The position numbers and the translations under genes are program-made. Below, one piece after another: positions 1 to 13,150 of a stretch of 64,000 nt of DNA. Numbering within the stretch: the first letter of the stretch is position 1; every line of letters starts with the position of its first letter. The stretch is from Octopus vulgaris. Taxonomy: Eukaryota. The stretch covers positions 16,864,001 to 16,928,000 of the forward strand of contig OX597833.1 of NCBI GenBank assembly GCA_951406725.2, in the 5' to 3' direction. Under the pieces are notes generated by a model. The model was not told the DNA's origin and made no database searches. It worked only from the letters and a program-made list of their open reading frames with translations.

Positions 1-260
1 CGGTCGTAGGATTGCGGTTTCGATTCCCAGACCGGGCGTTGTAAGTGTTTATTGAGCGAAAACACCTAAAAGCTCCACGATGCTCCGGCAGGGGGTGGTG
101 GCGATCCCTGCTGTACTCTTTCCCCACAACTTTCTCTCACTCTTTCTTCTGTTGGCCTGATCGCTTAGCCAGCGGGGTGGCGTCATTCGAAGGCTAAAAC
201 AATGCGAACACATTGTGACCAGCGATGTGTATCAACATCTGATGGTCTGGTCGGTCACAT
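1..260 (+). mobile_element. tRNA-derived SINE, head family A (cut by window edge)
   Basis: B-box GGTTTCGATTCCC and body shared with 5948-6270. Confidence 0.8.
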
Positions 261-1140
261 GATCACTATAGGTAGTACAAGGCCTGAAATCTCGTTGTAT
301 GGATTAGTCGATTTCATCAACTCCAATTCTCCACTGGAACATCTTTCATCGGCCCCGAAAGTCAAAATCGACCTCAACGGAATTTGAACGTAAAGACGGA
401 AGAAATTAGAGGAAGGAGGCTGGTTCAGGTACATCAACCTCAGTGCTCAACTTGTACATATTTTATCGAGCTTCTGAAAGGATAAAAATCAAAGTCGGCT
501 TCGGCGGAATTTGAACTCGGGAAATAAAAATGAACGAAATGCCGCTAAGGATTTTATCCGATGCGGTAATTATCCTGCCAGCTCACCCACTTAACTTACA
601 CAATAATAATAAAATGGCGTCGACAGCAGTCACGTTGGCATAAGGGAACTATTTAACTTTCGTTTAATGATTACCATCCTTCAGAACTTTTGCCATTAAT
701 ACAAGCCTAGTAAAAAAAAAATTGGCTCTGTTCTTCGGATAAATGCCAAGATACATCTTTCGTTTTAATAGAAAAACGTAGCAATAATAAAAAGGTGGAA
801 ATCAACCAAAAGCCAGCTGGTGGAATTACTATTATTATATTCATCACGGCTGGACAGGAGATTGGGATCAGCTATCGTATGTCGCGGAACTATCGAGAGA
901 AATATCAAAGGAACTCTGAATTGAACCAGAGTTTCTATCAATTTTATTAAAAGGACAAAGAAGATTCCTCGACTGGCTATAAGAAAAGACTGGAGATTGT
1001 CTAGATCCAAAATATCTCCAACTACTCTTATTTCAATGCCAAACAGCTTCGTCGACAAGCAGCCTTTGTTGAAAAAAAAATACTGTTATCTCGTCCGATA
1101 ATGGAAACCATTACACAAGATAATTCTGTCACGTAATGCT

Positions 1141-1627
1141 TATTTGCTTGTGTCTGGGGAGAGTCATTTTCTTTTTGTACCTTATAATGTAACACACTCA
1201 CCGGTAAAATTTCCACTTATTTCTTATTTTTTAATTTTTCATTTTCCTATAGTTTGTAAGATATTTGTTGTGTTTTTTTTCTGCAATTTCTGCAATTTCA
1301 ACCAATCAGTGACGTCTATTGAGTTAAAAAGTATTTTGTACCGTATGAATATGTCCCTCGTTTAAGAAACAGATTAGGTTTATTTACATTTGTGAAGAAA
1401 AAAAGGTACCCTTCCCCCACCCCTAACCCTAACCCTAAAAGAGATTGAAATGCAATAGATCGATTCTAGGGTCATAATTATTGGTGACAATTTCATGACA
1501 CCGCTAGAAAAAACTGCCGTTCAAACCGAAAAGATCCAAAATAAGAAATAAGTGGAAATTTTACCGGTGAGTGTGTTACATTATAAGGCACAAAAAGAAA
1601 ATGACTCTCCCCAGACACAACAAAATA
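1141..1627. mobile_element. Fold-back/MITE-like element with ~82-bp near-perfect inverted arms
   Basis: 1148-1229 and 1538-1620 are reverse complements (1 mismatch); internal (CCCTAA)3 at 1421-1438. Confidence 0.75.
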
Positions 1628-2206
1628 TGCTTCAACACACGAACTCACATAAAGAATCTTGCAAACCAAATCCCAAGACAAAATAATACTTATTTATTTA
1701 TATTGTTTTGAATTAATCATGCATTATCTTGCAGTTTTGAGACTTCAATGATGCGGTTCTTTTATTTTTAAAATGACATTGTAGGGTAGGTGTGAGATGT
1801 TGGATGTGGGGAGTTGAATATAAAAATGGCAGAATTTAAACTGGCCGGATATGGTCGGTTTAAATGTTGAAGTGTTAAATAAAAGTCAGGCCAGACGAGA
1901 GAATTGTTCTTCTGAGAAGACCGTAAACACACATACACACACATACGCGCAAACACACGCGCGTGTAGATAGGCAGTAAGGAATACAAGCTGAGACAGAG
2001 ATGAGAGAGGGAGAGGAGGAGAGACAGACAGGCAGACGGGCAGAAAGACAGGTAGACAGGCAGACAGGTAGACAGAAAAAGAAAGGTATAGGAAGATTGG
2101 TAGTTGTGAAATGGAACGCCCTCTTGCCAGACAGGGCACAATGAAATCAATAACTTGTAACATGTGTTTGTGTGAGTGTATGTGTGTGTGTGTGGTTATA
2201 TTCTGT

Positions 2207-3128
<922 letters not shown>

Positions 3129-3272
3129 CTGTTGTTATTGTGGTAACATCTGTCTGTAGAACACCTTATCACTGTCGTTTATCAGTCCGTTCTGAGAGGC
3201 GTTCAAATGTCTTTTGCCTGACCATAAGATCACGCAATGTAGTTGTCTATGACATGCGAGAGAAAGAGAGAA

Positions 3273-3304
<32 letters not shown>

Positions 3305-3459
3305 GGAGGCAATTATACCTGCTCAATTTGATCCCTCTTATAGTCTTTCTTTACTTTGTGGAATGGATCTCCTGTAAAGACATCAGAGTCTAAGTTTGTC
3401 TCTTTTGAGCATTACTAAGTGTGTGCTAATCGGAGAATTTCTGGATCTCACTTGTGGAC

Positions 3460-3527
<68 letters not shown>

Positions 3528-3535
3528 CATTATTT

Positions 3536-3743
3536 ACATTATTTACATTCGACAGATATTTCGGATATTTGCCCTCATCTTGGGTTCTCATTCCTAAGGT
3601 AGCCAGGTTCGGAATTTCGCAAAGACACCTGAAGAAGGCTGGAGGGTATATCAGCCGAGACGTTGTGTTAACAACAAACAAGATGAGGCAAAATATCCGT
3701 CGAATGTAAATAATGTACATAATTCCTCATCTCTTAAATATAG

Positions 3744-3748
<5 letters not shown>
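3536..3748 (+). mobile_element. Penelope-like short element with inverted arms and an internal mutated hammerhead
   Basis: Arms 3536-3582 and 3679-3716 are reverse complements. Inside: ACAC-CTGAAGA-A-GGCTG..CAGCC-GAGA-CG-TT-GTGT (3625-3668; GAAA changed to GAGA). Flanked by (TA)n on both sides. Confidence 0.7.
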
Positions 3749-3818
<70 letters not shown>

Positions 3819-3827
3819 CATGTATTC

Positions 3828-3858
<31 letters not shown>

Positions 3859-4124
3859 TGTATGTATGTATGTATGGATGGATGGATAGAGAGATAGGTA
3901 TGAGTGTGCGTGTGTGTGACGGGACATATCTGCTTCCACTGAGTTGGATGTTGAGGGGATGCAAATAGCCACAACAGTGAAACGTGCGTAGGGAACAAAT
4001 GCTGTAAACTGCATCTTGTGTTAGTCATATCTTCCCTGTACTTGCTTTGTAGATCATAACTAGTAACGCTACTAAGTATAGTAGTTACCACACCATTTTA
4101 TTGGAATATACTGGATGATGTCAC

Positions 4125-4626
4125 TCTACGCGGAGCTTTAGATTCACCATAAGACATACATCATCTCGAAAGAGTCCAGAAGCTGGCTACCCGCATGGTT
4201 CTTGGCCTCAAGCATTTGTCCTATGAAGAAAGGCTGAAGACGCTCGACCTTTATTCTTTAGAAAAACGACGACGCCGTGGTGATCTCATTCTCGCTCACA
4301 ACATCATAAGCGGAAAGGGTAACCTCTCGAAAGAGCTGTTCTTCACTCCTGCTCCAGAGCGTCGGCTGCGGGGTCACTCCGAAAAGCTCTATCTGCGACG
4401 ATTTCATCTCAATCGAAGGAGAGGGGCTTTCTCCGTCCGGGTTGCGGATCCGTGGAATAAGCTGCCGGACGAGATAGTGAAGATGCCGACGACCGCTCGG
4501 TTCAAGTCTCTATTGACCAGAAATGGCCTGAACTCTTTGCACGAACACCCTCCCTGTACATAACTCCATGTCCCCCTACATGGCCTTGCTTTTTGCTTTT
4601 TGAGCCAAAAAATTAACTTAACTTAA
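4125..4626 (+). mobile_element. CR1-type LINE 3' fragment
   Basis: LERVQKLATRMVLGLKHLSYEERLKTLDLYSLEKRRRRGDLI...RLRGHSEKL...FSVRVADPWNKLP, followed by 3'UTR and a TTAAC-repeat tail. Confidence 0.9.
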
Positions 4627-4824
4627 CATACACACAAACACACACACATATGTATGTATATTATTTTCTCGTTGATTCGTCGAAAAGATTATGCGTCTGG
4701 TGCTGTGATCTACCTTAGAACAAACTTAACCGATCGGCCGGCATTGCGTATGTAAAATTGCCTGTAAACGACTGCTTGATTCTGTATTTAAACCAAAGCA
4801 GATATACCTACGTAAGGAAGTTAT

Positions 4825-5063
4825 TCTCTTTACTCTTTACTCTTTTACTTGTTTCAGTCATTTCACTGTGGCCATGCTGGAGCACCGCCTTTTAGTCGAG
4901 CAAATCGACCCCAGGACTTATTCTTTATAGGCCTAGTACTTATTCTATCGGTCTCTTTTGCCGAACCGCTAAGTTACAGAGATGTAAACAAACCAGCATC
5001 GGTTGTCGAGCGATGTTGGTGGGGCGGCAGGCAAACACAGACACAAACATATACACACACATA

Positions 5064-5102
<39 letters not shown>

Positions 5103-5262
5103 CGGGCTTCTTTCAGTTTCCGTCTGCCAAATCCACTCACAAGGCTTTGGTCGGCCCGAGGCTTTAGTAGAAGACACTTGCCCAAGGTGCCACGCAGTGG
5201 GACTGAACCCGGAACAACGTGGTTCGAAAGCAAGCTACATACCACACAGCCACTCCTACGCC
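4825..5262 (-). mobile_element. tRNA-derived SINE family C with internal (TA)n/(TG)n
   Basis: Head GGAGTGGCTGTGTGGT...GGTTCAGTCCC, core ACCTTGGGCAAGTGTCTTCTACT, tail GCGGTGCTCCAGCATGGCC...GAAACAAGTAAAAGAG. Other copies at 13272-13662(-), 48985-49390(-), 51783-52243(-), 57320-57615(+), 61598-62041(-), 62598-63295(+, split), 63418-63595(+). Confidence 0.85.
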
Positions 5263-5947
5263 TTACTATCAACCAACTTTTACATAATCCCTTCGTAAAA
5301 GAAAAAATTAGATCATCAACAACGTCGTATTCGACTATAACTGTCCAAGGACTCATTGTATTTACAGTCTCTTTAATTAAAGGACTAAATAAACTGGGAA
5401 AATCGATTGGCATAAATATGTTGGTGGCAGCAAATTCGTTTATTAGGTTAGTGTCACGTTAAGCTGTGTTCTTTTCTATCACCGTAATGTACTTTAGAAT
5501 AAATCTCTCTTCTTGTGTGTTGACACTGTTTTTGTAAATCAAATCGATGTAAATATATAGGATCGTTGTATGCAATTGCCGTTCACGGATAGAAAACAAA
5601 ATGGAATCAATCTGATTGATTTCATTTCTTTTTCTTTTTTGTCGATCCTATCAAACTAAGAACTCCTGTATAACTATACACGGAAGTATTGTGTTTATTA
5701 CTGTTTGAAATAAATCGGAGAATGTGACCTGCATAAGCAATTCATTGTTAGTAAGTGGTTTGATTAATGTATTTCTGTTATGTTAAACACGGGTGTTTCT
5801 GACACAATGATAATATATTAATACTTTATATGAAATCAAAATTTTCCGTCGACACTGATTTTAGAATCTCATCTATAACTGAGGCCCTACACGCAACGCA
5901 GACTGAAGATTTAGATTTTTATTTAAGTACATTATCTTAGTCCAAGC

Positions 5948-6270
5948 TGGAGCCGCAATGGCCCAGTGGTTAGGGCAGCGGACTCGCGGTCGGAGGATCG
6001 CGGTTTCGATTCCCAGACCGGGCGTTGTGTGTGTTTATTGAGCGAAAACACCTAAAGCTACACGAGGCTCCGGGAGGGGGTGGTCGCGACTCCTGTTGTA
6101 CTCTTTCGCCCCAACTTTCTCTCACTCTTTTTTTCCTGTTTCTTGAGTAACGCCGTGATGGACTGGCGCCCCGTCCAGCAGAGGGGGGGGGGGGCACATA
6201 TGCCAGGGAAACCGGGAAACCGGGCACATGAGCCTGGCTAGGCTTCATAAGGGCGCATAAATAAATAAAT
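5948..6270 (+). mobile_element. tRNA-derived SINE, head A with V-domain-like tail
   Basis: A-box TGGCCCAGTGG, B-box GTTTCGATTCC, GATGGACTGGCGCCCCGTCCAG domain, (TAAA)n tail, 13-bp TSD ATCTTAGTCCAAG (5934-5946, 6269-6281). Confidence 0.9.
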
Positions 6271-6799
6271 CTTAGTCCAAGTCTTAGTTCTTCCCGTATA
6301 GTTGACCTGTATATCGGGCAGCAAAACGTCTCAAATCATCCCGATTTTAAGTATATTCATCTGCATCTTCCCAAGTGATGAATGGTTGCTCCAGATCTCT
6401 GAATGTTGCGCTCTGTATCTTCTTGGGCCCCTCTCTCTCTCTCTGGTTTCACCCCATTAGTTGTACTCATTTTACAGCTGTTTTTAGCATTTGTTCTTGT
6501 GGCTAACAGAAACATCATCAGTAAGTGTAGCTCATCTCTTTTCTTTCTTTCCCTGCCAGAACATTGTCCTACCGACAGCAGTCTACGCGGGAGAACCTCG
6601 GAAAATGACTATCAAGATATCTCAAAAGTTAAAAGCATTCCAACAATGGTATCTATGTCGAATACTCTCAACATCACCGACAAGGAGGAAATCTCAAACT
6701 CTGAAGTCCCGAGAAAAGCCAATCTGCAGAGGACATTGTAATGGAAAGAATGTATAACCATACATTGTATTATATGAGGAGGAGGAGGAGGAGGAGGAG

Positions 6800-7135
6800 G
6801 AGACCCCATCCGGTCATGAATGACCATGGGGTTGCACCTGGAAAGTTACCCTCCGTGACACAAGTCAGGGCAAGATTGTTTGTGGAAGACCAGTAGTCAC
6901 CCATGCATACCGGCCTCCTCTCTCCACACCACTGATGTTATCCAAGGGAAAGGCAAAGACAGATACAGCTCGGCACCAGTGATATTGCAACTCATTTCTA
7001 CAGCTGAGTTAACTGGAGCAACGTGAAATAAAGTGTCTTGCTCAAGAACACAGCACACAGCCTGGTCCGGGAATCGAACTCCCAACCTCACGATCTTAAG
7101 CTCTACGCTCTAAGCACTAAGCCATGCGCCTTCAC
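6800..7135 (-). mobile_element. tRNA-derived SINE with RTE-like tail
   Basis: Head GGCGCATGGCTTAGTG...GAGTTCGATTCCC, then CTTGAGCAAGACACTTTATTTCAC core. Confidence 0.75.
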
Positions 7136-7231
7136 ATTGTATCATATACTCTGTCGAATATGATACGCCATACGAGCCATGGATGTCTATAATTTCATAA
7201 CACAGCAAAACGGCGATATTTTCATGTTATC

Positions 7232-7597
7232 GACGTGGCACTCCGTCGGTTACGAGGACGTGGGTTCCAGTTGGTACGACCAACGGAACAGCCTACTTGT
7301 AAAATTAACGTGCAAGTGGCTGAGCACTCTTCAGACACGTGTACCCCTTAACGTAGTTCTCGGGGAGATTCAGCGTGACACAGGTAAAATACAGGTTCAA
7401 CAGAAACAGGAAGAAAGAGAGATAGTTGTGAGGAAAGAGTACAGCAGGGATCGCCACTAGCCCCTGCCGGATTCTCGTGGAGCTTTAGGTGTTTTCTTTC
7501 GCTCATTGAACACTTACAACGCCCGGTCTGGGAATCGAAACCGCGATCAAACGACCGCGAATCCGCTACCCTAACCACTAGGCCATTGCGCCTCCAA
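7232..7597 (-). mobile_element. tRNA-derived SINE, head A with tail D
   Basis: Head as 5948; tail ...CTCCCCGAGAACTACGTTAAGGGTACACGTG... shared with 27670-28003 and 52318-52700. Confidence 0.8.
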
Positions 7598-7687
7598 GCA
7601 ATCTCCCTTAGTAGAGATACATAGTAAACGCTATGTCAATATGTTATTCACAGCTACTATTGTCTGTCAATATTACATGGCAGTAAG

Positions 7688-8532
7688 AAAGCGGCGAGCT
7701 GGCAGAGTCGTTAGCACGCCGGGCGAAATGCTTAGTGGTATTTCATCTGCCGTTACGTTCCGAGTTCAAATTCCGGCGAGGTCGACTTTACTTTTCATCC
7801 TTTCGGGGTCGATAAATTAAGTACCAGTTACACACTGGGGGTCGATATAATCGACTTAATCCGTTTGTCTGTCCTTGTTTGTCCTCTCTGTGTTTAGCCC
7901 ATTGTGGGTAGTAAAGAATAAGGTATTTCGTCTGCCGTTACGTTCTGAGTTCAAATTCCGCCGAGGTCGACTTTGCCTTTCATCCTTTCGGGGTTGATAA
8001 ATTAAGCACCAGTTATGCACTGGGGTCGATATAATCGACTTAATCCGTTTTTCTGTTCTTATTTGTCCCCTCTATGTTTAGCCCCTTGTAGGCAATAAAT
8101 AAATAAGAAACGTTAGCTGGGCGAAATGCTTAGCGGTATTTCGTCTGTCTTTACGTTCTGAGTTACAATTCGCCGAGGTCGACTTTGCCTTTCATCCTTT
8201 CGGAGTCGATAAAATAGGTACCAGTTGAGTACTGGGGTCGGTGTTATCGACCTAGCCCGTCCCCTCAGTTGCTGGCCTTGTGCAAAAATTTAAAATCAAT
8301 ATTTACATGCAATAAGGCGACGAGCTGGCAGAATCGTTAGCACGACGAATTAAATGCTTGGCAGCATTTCACCGATCTTCACATTCTGAGTTCAAGTTCA
8401 ACCGAAGTCGACTTTGCCCTTCATTCTTCCGCGGTCGATGAAATAAGTACCAGTTGGAAACTGGGGATGACTTAATCGACATGGCTTCTTCCACCAAAAA
8501 TTCTGGCTTTGTGCCAAAATTTGAAACCAATA
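7688..8532 (+). mobile_element. MetaSINE-type tandem array (three units plus an older copy)
   Basis: Central domain GGTCGACTTTGCCTTTCATCCTTTCGGGGTCGATAAATTAAGTACC matches the Meta-domain consensus as recalled; B-box GAGTTCAAATTC. Confidence 0.85.
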
Positions 8533-9119
8533 TTTGCCTAGCAGTATCTCTATCCATATGCCGAAACACTTTTGGACGAATCTTTACGTCGGATCCTATT
8601 CGACATATATATTTAACACAATCAGCTCGGTTCCCTGACATTTCTGTCGATTGCTTAACAGAAAGGAAAAATACGAGTGAATACAATGTAGGCGTCTGTT
8701 CCGTGTTATTCATTTCGTTATAATACATCTTACAGCATTTGGCACAGACTACCATACGTCTCAGTTCGTTTTGGCATTTGTTATATCATTGCCTAGCAAC
8801 ATGGCTTGAATAACGTGGCACGTCTCCAGTAGATTTCTCATTTACACTTGGCTACGATAAAAAAAAAAAATAATAACTAATGGTTTACAAGAAGCAAAAC
8901 GCATTAAGGGTTATGTACTCGTGTTTCCAATAAGATTTATCGCCCCACACTTTCTCGCAGTTTACACGTGGGTTTCTCTCTTTTGCTCTGTGTGTTTTTC
9001 ACCCGATTCTTCTCATTACACACGCACACAAAACATATATGTATATGTATAAATATATATATACAATTCTATATATATAAATATATATATACAATATATA
9101 GATATATATATACATATAT

Positions 9120-9150
<31 letters not shown>

Positions 9151-9184
9151 TTGTATGTGTGTGTGTGTGTGTGTATATATATAT

Positions 9185-9250
<66 letters not shown>

Positions 9251-10218
9251 TATGTAAATTTGTGTGTGTGTATACATATATCAATATATGTGTGTATAAA
9301 CATATAAATATGTATGTATATTTAGTAACTTATACAGAGCCCTATCACACACTCGTAGATGTGTGTGGGGTGTGTGTAGGTGTATCTATTATATCGTATA
9401 TCTATACTTATCTTTACAGACACTCGCGCACACACCCACACATCCATTTTTTGCACACACTGACACACAATACATAGAAAACAAAACAAACCTAAATACA
9501 CACGAACAAAGCGTATTTCTTTCTCAATTTTCTTTTCTATTTTATATATATACATATATATATATACATATATTTATTTTTGCTTTCGATAATGATATGA
9601 GCGAATCTGCTCTAATTTCACTTTGCCTTGAACTCGTTACAGAAATAATTTTCTTCAGCATTAGGTTTGTTAAACGAAACAGAGCGCTGATAGTTAATAG
9701 CTCATACCTCATTTAATCATATACCATCATTGCGTTGGTGTACACCAGTAATTCGCAACCCTTCCGCTAATATTCAATTCCTAGGCTTCATATATTTTGC
9801 CATTTTCACCTCTAACGCCCAGACAGATACATTGCATAACTGCTTCAAATTTTTGGCACGCGACCTGGGATTTTGTGAGGCGGGGATAAATCGATTATAT
9901 CCACCTTTAGCCCTCAACTCATTTTACCGACCGTGAAAGAATGAAAGACAGAATCGACCCCGGCGGAATTTGAAATTAGAACGTAAAGAATCGGAAGGAA
10001 TGCAGCTAACCACCTTTTCCGGTCTGCGAACGATTCTGAGAACTCACCGCCTTAATCATATTAATTCCTCCCAAAATATATACGCGGTGCCCCAGCATGG
10101 CCACAGCTCGTGAGCTGAAACTAGAATCAATCAATCAATCAATCAAAGCCTGAAATTTTGTGGAAGGGTGTTAGTGGATTCTTTCGGACCCCAGTACTCA
10201 ACTGGTATTTATTTAATC

Positions 10219-10668
10219 AGCGAGCTGAGCATAAGGTGGCGAGCTGAGCATAAGGTGGCGAGCTGGCAGAAACGTTAGCACGTCGGGCGAAATGCTTAGC
10301 GGTATTTCGTCTGCCGTTACGTTGTGAGCTCAAATTCCGCCGAGGTCGACTTTACCTTTCATCCTTTCGGGGTCGATAAATTAAGTACCAGTTACGCACT
10401 GGGGTCGATGTAATCGACTTAATACCTATGTCTGTCCTTGTTTGTCCCTTCTATGTTTAGCCCCTTGTGGGTAATAAAGAAATAGGTATTTCGTCTGCCG
10501 TTACGTTGTGAGCTCAACTTCCGCCGAGGTCGACTTTGCCTTTCATCCTTTCGGGGTCGATAAATTAAGTACCAGTTACGCACTGGGGTCGATGTAATCG
10601 ACTTAATACCTATGTCTGTCCTTGTTTGTCCCTTCTATGTTTAGCCCCTTGTGGGTAATAAAGAAATA
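10219..10668 (+). mobile_element. MetaSINE-type dimer nested in an older minus-strand MetaSINE
   Basis: Two near-identical 184-bp units; 15-bp TSD GGTATTTATTTAATC (10204-10218, 10669-10683). Confidence 0.9.
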
Positions 10669-11086
10669 GGTATTTATTTAATCGACCCGAAGAAGATGGA
10701 AGGCGAAGTCGACCGTGGCGGAATTTGAACTCAGAATGTAAACATGGACAAAATGCTTAGTGGCGTGCTAACGATTCCGACATCTCTCTGCCTTAATAAA
10801 TATTCTTCCGTGTTTAGGCACAAGACCTGGAATTTTGCGAGAGTAGGACGGCTGGACTATTACATTAGCCCCAAAGCTCAACTGACCTCGAAACGATGAC
10901 AGATAATGTCAACGTCGAGGGAATTTGAAAGTTAGAAAGTAAATAAAGACAAAATGTGGCTCAGCATTGGTCCAGCGAGCTAACGATTTTGCCAGATCGA
11001 CATTCGAATACTACGACTAAGAATAATAATGGCTTTAAATATCGGTACAAAGTCAGCGATTTCGGAGAAGGGGCTAAGTCGATTAC

Positions 11087-11151
<65 letters not shown>

Positions 11152-11164
11152 GCAAAAAACAAAC

Positions 11165-11224
<60 letters not shown>

Positions 11225-11239
11225 TAATAATAATAATCA

Positions 11240-12117
11240 TTTCAAATGTTTGCCACAAGAGCAGGTTGGGGGAGGGGGTTAAGTCCATTACGTTCGACCC
11301 CAGTCCGTAACTGGTACTTATTTAATCGACCCCGTAAGGATGAAAGGCTAAGTCGACCTCGGCGGAATTTGAACTCACAACGTAACGGCAGACTGAATAG
11401 CTATTTCTTTACTGCCCACAAGGGGCTACACACAGAGAGGACAAACAAGGAGAGACAAATGGATTAAGTCGATTACATCGACCCCACTGCGTAACTGGTA
11501 CTTATTTAATCGACTCCGAAAGGATGAAAGGCTAAGTCAACCGCGACGGAATTTGAAATCACGACGTAACAGCAGACGAAATATCTATTTCTTTACTACC
11601 CACAGGGAGCTACACACAGAGGGGACAAACAAGGATAGACAGAGGGATTAAGTAGATTACATCGACCCTAGCGCGTAACTGGTACTTAATTTATCGACCC
11701 CGAAAGGATAAAAGGCTAAGTCGACCTCGGCGGAATTTGAACTCACAACGTAACGGCAGACGAAATACCGCCTATCATTTCGCCCGGCGTGCTAACGTTT
11801 CTGCCAGCTCGCATCATTATTATTATTATTATTATTAGTAGTAGTAGTAGTAGTAGTAGTAGCAGCAGCAGCAGCAATAATACTAATAATAATAAGAAGA
11901 AGAAGAATATTGATGATGATAATGCTTTCAAATTTTGACATAAGGCCAGTTCTTTTAGTGGGGAGAGAGTAGTCGATTACATCGAATTCAGTGTTCAAAT
12001 GGCACTTATTTTATCGACTACGAACGGATGAAAACGCAAGGTCGACCTTGGCAGAACTTGAACTCAGAACGTAAAGAGCCGGAAGAAATATCGCTAACGA
12101 TTCTGGCAGCTCGCCGC
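11240..12117 (-). mobile_element. MetaSINE-type trimer plus an older monomer
   Basis: Repeated ATCGACCCCGAAAGGATGAAAGGCTAAGTCGACC on the plus strand. Confidence 0.8.
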
Positions 12118-13115
12118 GTCTATATACTTAATCTACGCTAACAGCTTATGTAGTAGCAAGCATCATAATCTACCAAGTTTTCGTTATGCCGTCTACGCCG
12201 TTACGTAATATACGTCGCGCTACAAGACTGAGACCTGTATTTTGTTTTTATTTTTCCATATTTTAAAAATAAACTTTGTCGATTAAGTAATAACGAAGAA
12301 TCAGCTTTGACATATTTATCATCTGCTTCGTACATCTTTATCACAAGGATGTAAATCTATCCTTGGTTGCGAATCATTATTGTAAACCAGTGTTTACTTG
12401 CTACCAGACAGTTATGAAACCTATTCGATGGTAGCTGTTGATTATAAAGCAATATACAGTTTCACTATTCGTCTTGCGGCAAACTTTTTAGACGGTAGTG
12501 TATATACCCAGATATCGTGGGTAGAAAGAGGATAATTATAGAAAGTCTAAATATGTCTGGTATTACAATACTTTGCTTTTAAAGTGGTACGAATTTAAAT
12601 GTTGCATTTAATTGGCTGTTTTAGAATTACAGTTTGACTATTATTGTTTGTCATTTGACTGCAGCCAAGCTGGAGCAACGCCTTGAAGGATGTCAGTCCA
12701 AAACATCTTAGATGATTTTTATAAGTCTTGTAATTTTGCCGAACCGCATTGTCACAAGGACATGAAAAATCTAACACCGGTTGCCAAGGGGTGTTGGTTT
12801 GGGAAGAAGAAAGACGGTCTCAACAATATTCATAAATATAAATATAAATATATATATATGTGTGTGTATGTGTCTCTGTGTGAGTATGCGTGTGTTTGTG
12901 TGTGCGCGCGCGTACATATATTATATATACAAGTTTCTCTCCCTATATATATGTGTATATATATATATGTGTATATATATGTATCTATATATGTATATAT
13001 GTATGTATATATAGTTAATCCATACATGAAAACACAAAGAGAAAACACAACAACGCGAGGATGTGGAACAAGCATAGTGTTATTGGACGCTCAGGAAAGG
13101 AAAGAAAGAAGGAGG

Positions 13116-13150
13116 ATTTAACGTTTCGAGCGGAGCTCTTCGTCAGAAAC
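13116..13150 (-). ncRNA. Minimal type I hammerhead motif in a Penelope-like short element (13012-13222)
   Basis: Minus strand GTTT-CTGACGA-A-GAGC(TCC)GCTC-GAAA-CG-TT-AAAT; same family as 28627-28830. Confidence 0.8.

Noticed and set aside
1421-1438. Telomere or chromosome-fusion site
   Set aside because: Only three repeats, internal to a transposon-like element.
5949-6020. tRNA-like sequences with A and B boxes
   Set aside because: They continue into SINE bodies with tails and TSDs; no complete tRNA gene was found. The 30497-30546 segment is only a 3' half.
7688-8300. Regularly spaced repeats resembling a CRISPR array
   Set aside because: Whole ~184-bp units repeat with no unique spacers; eukaryotic SINE concatemers with no cas genes.
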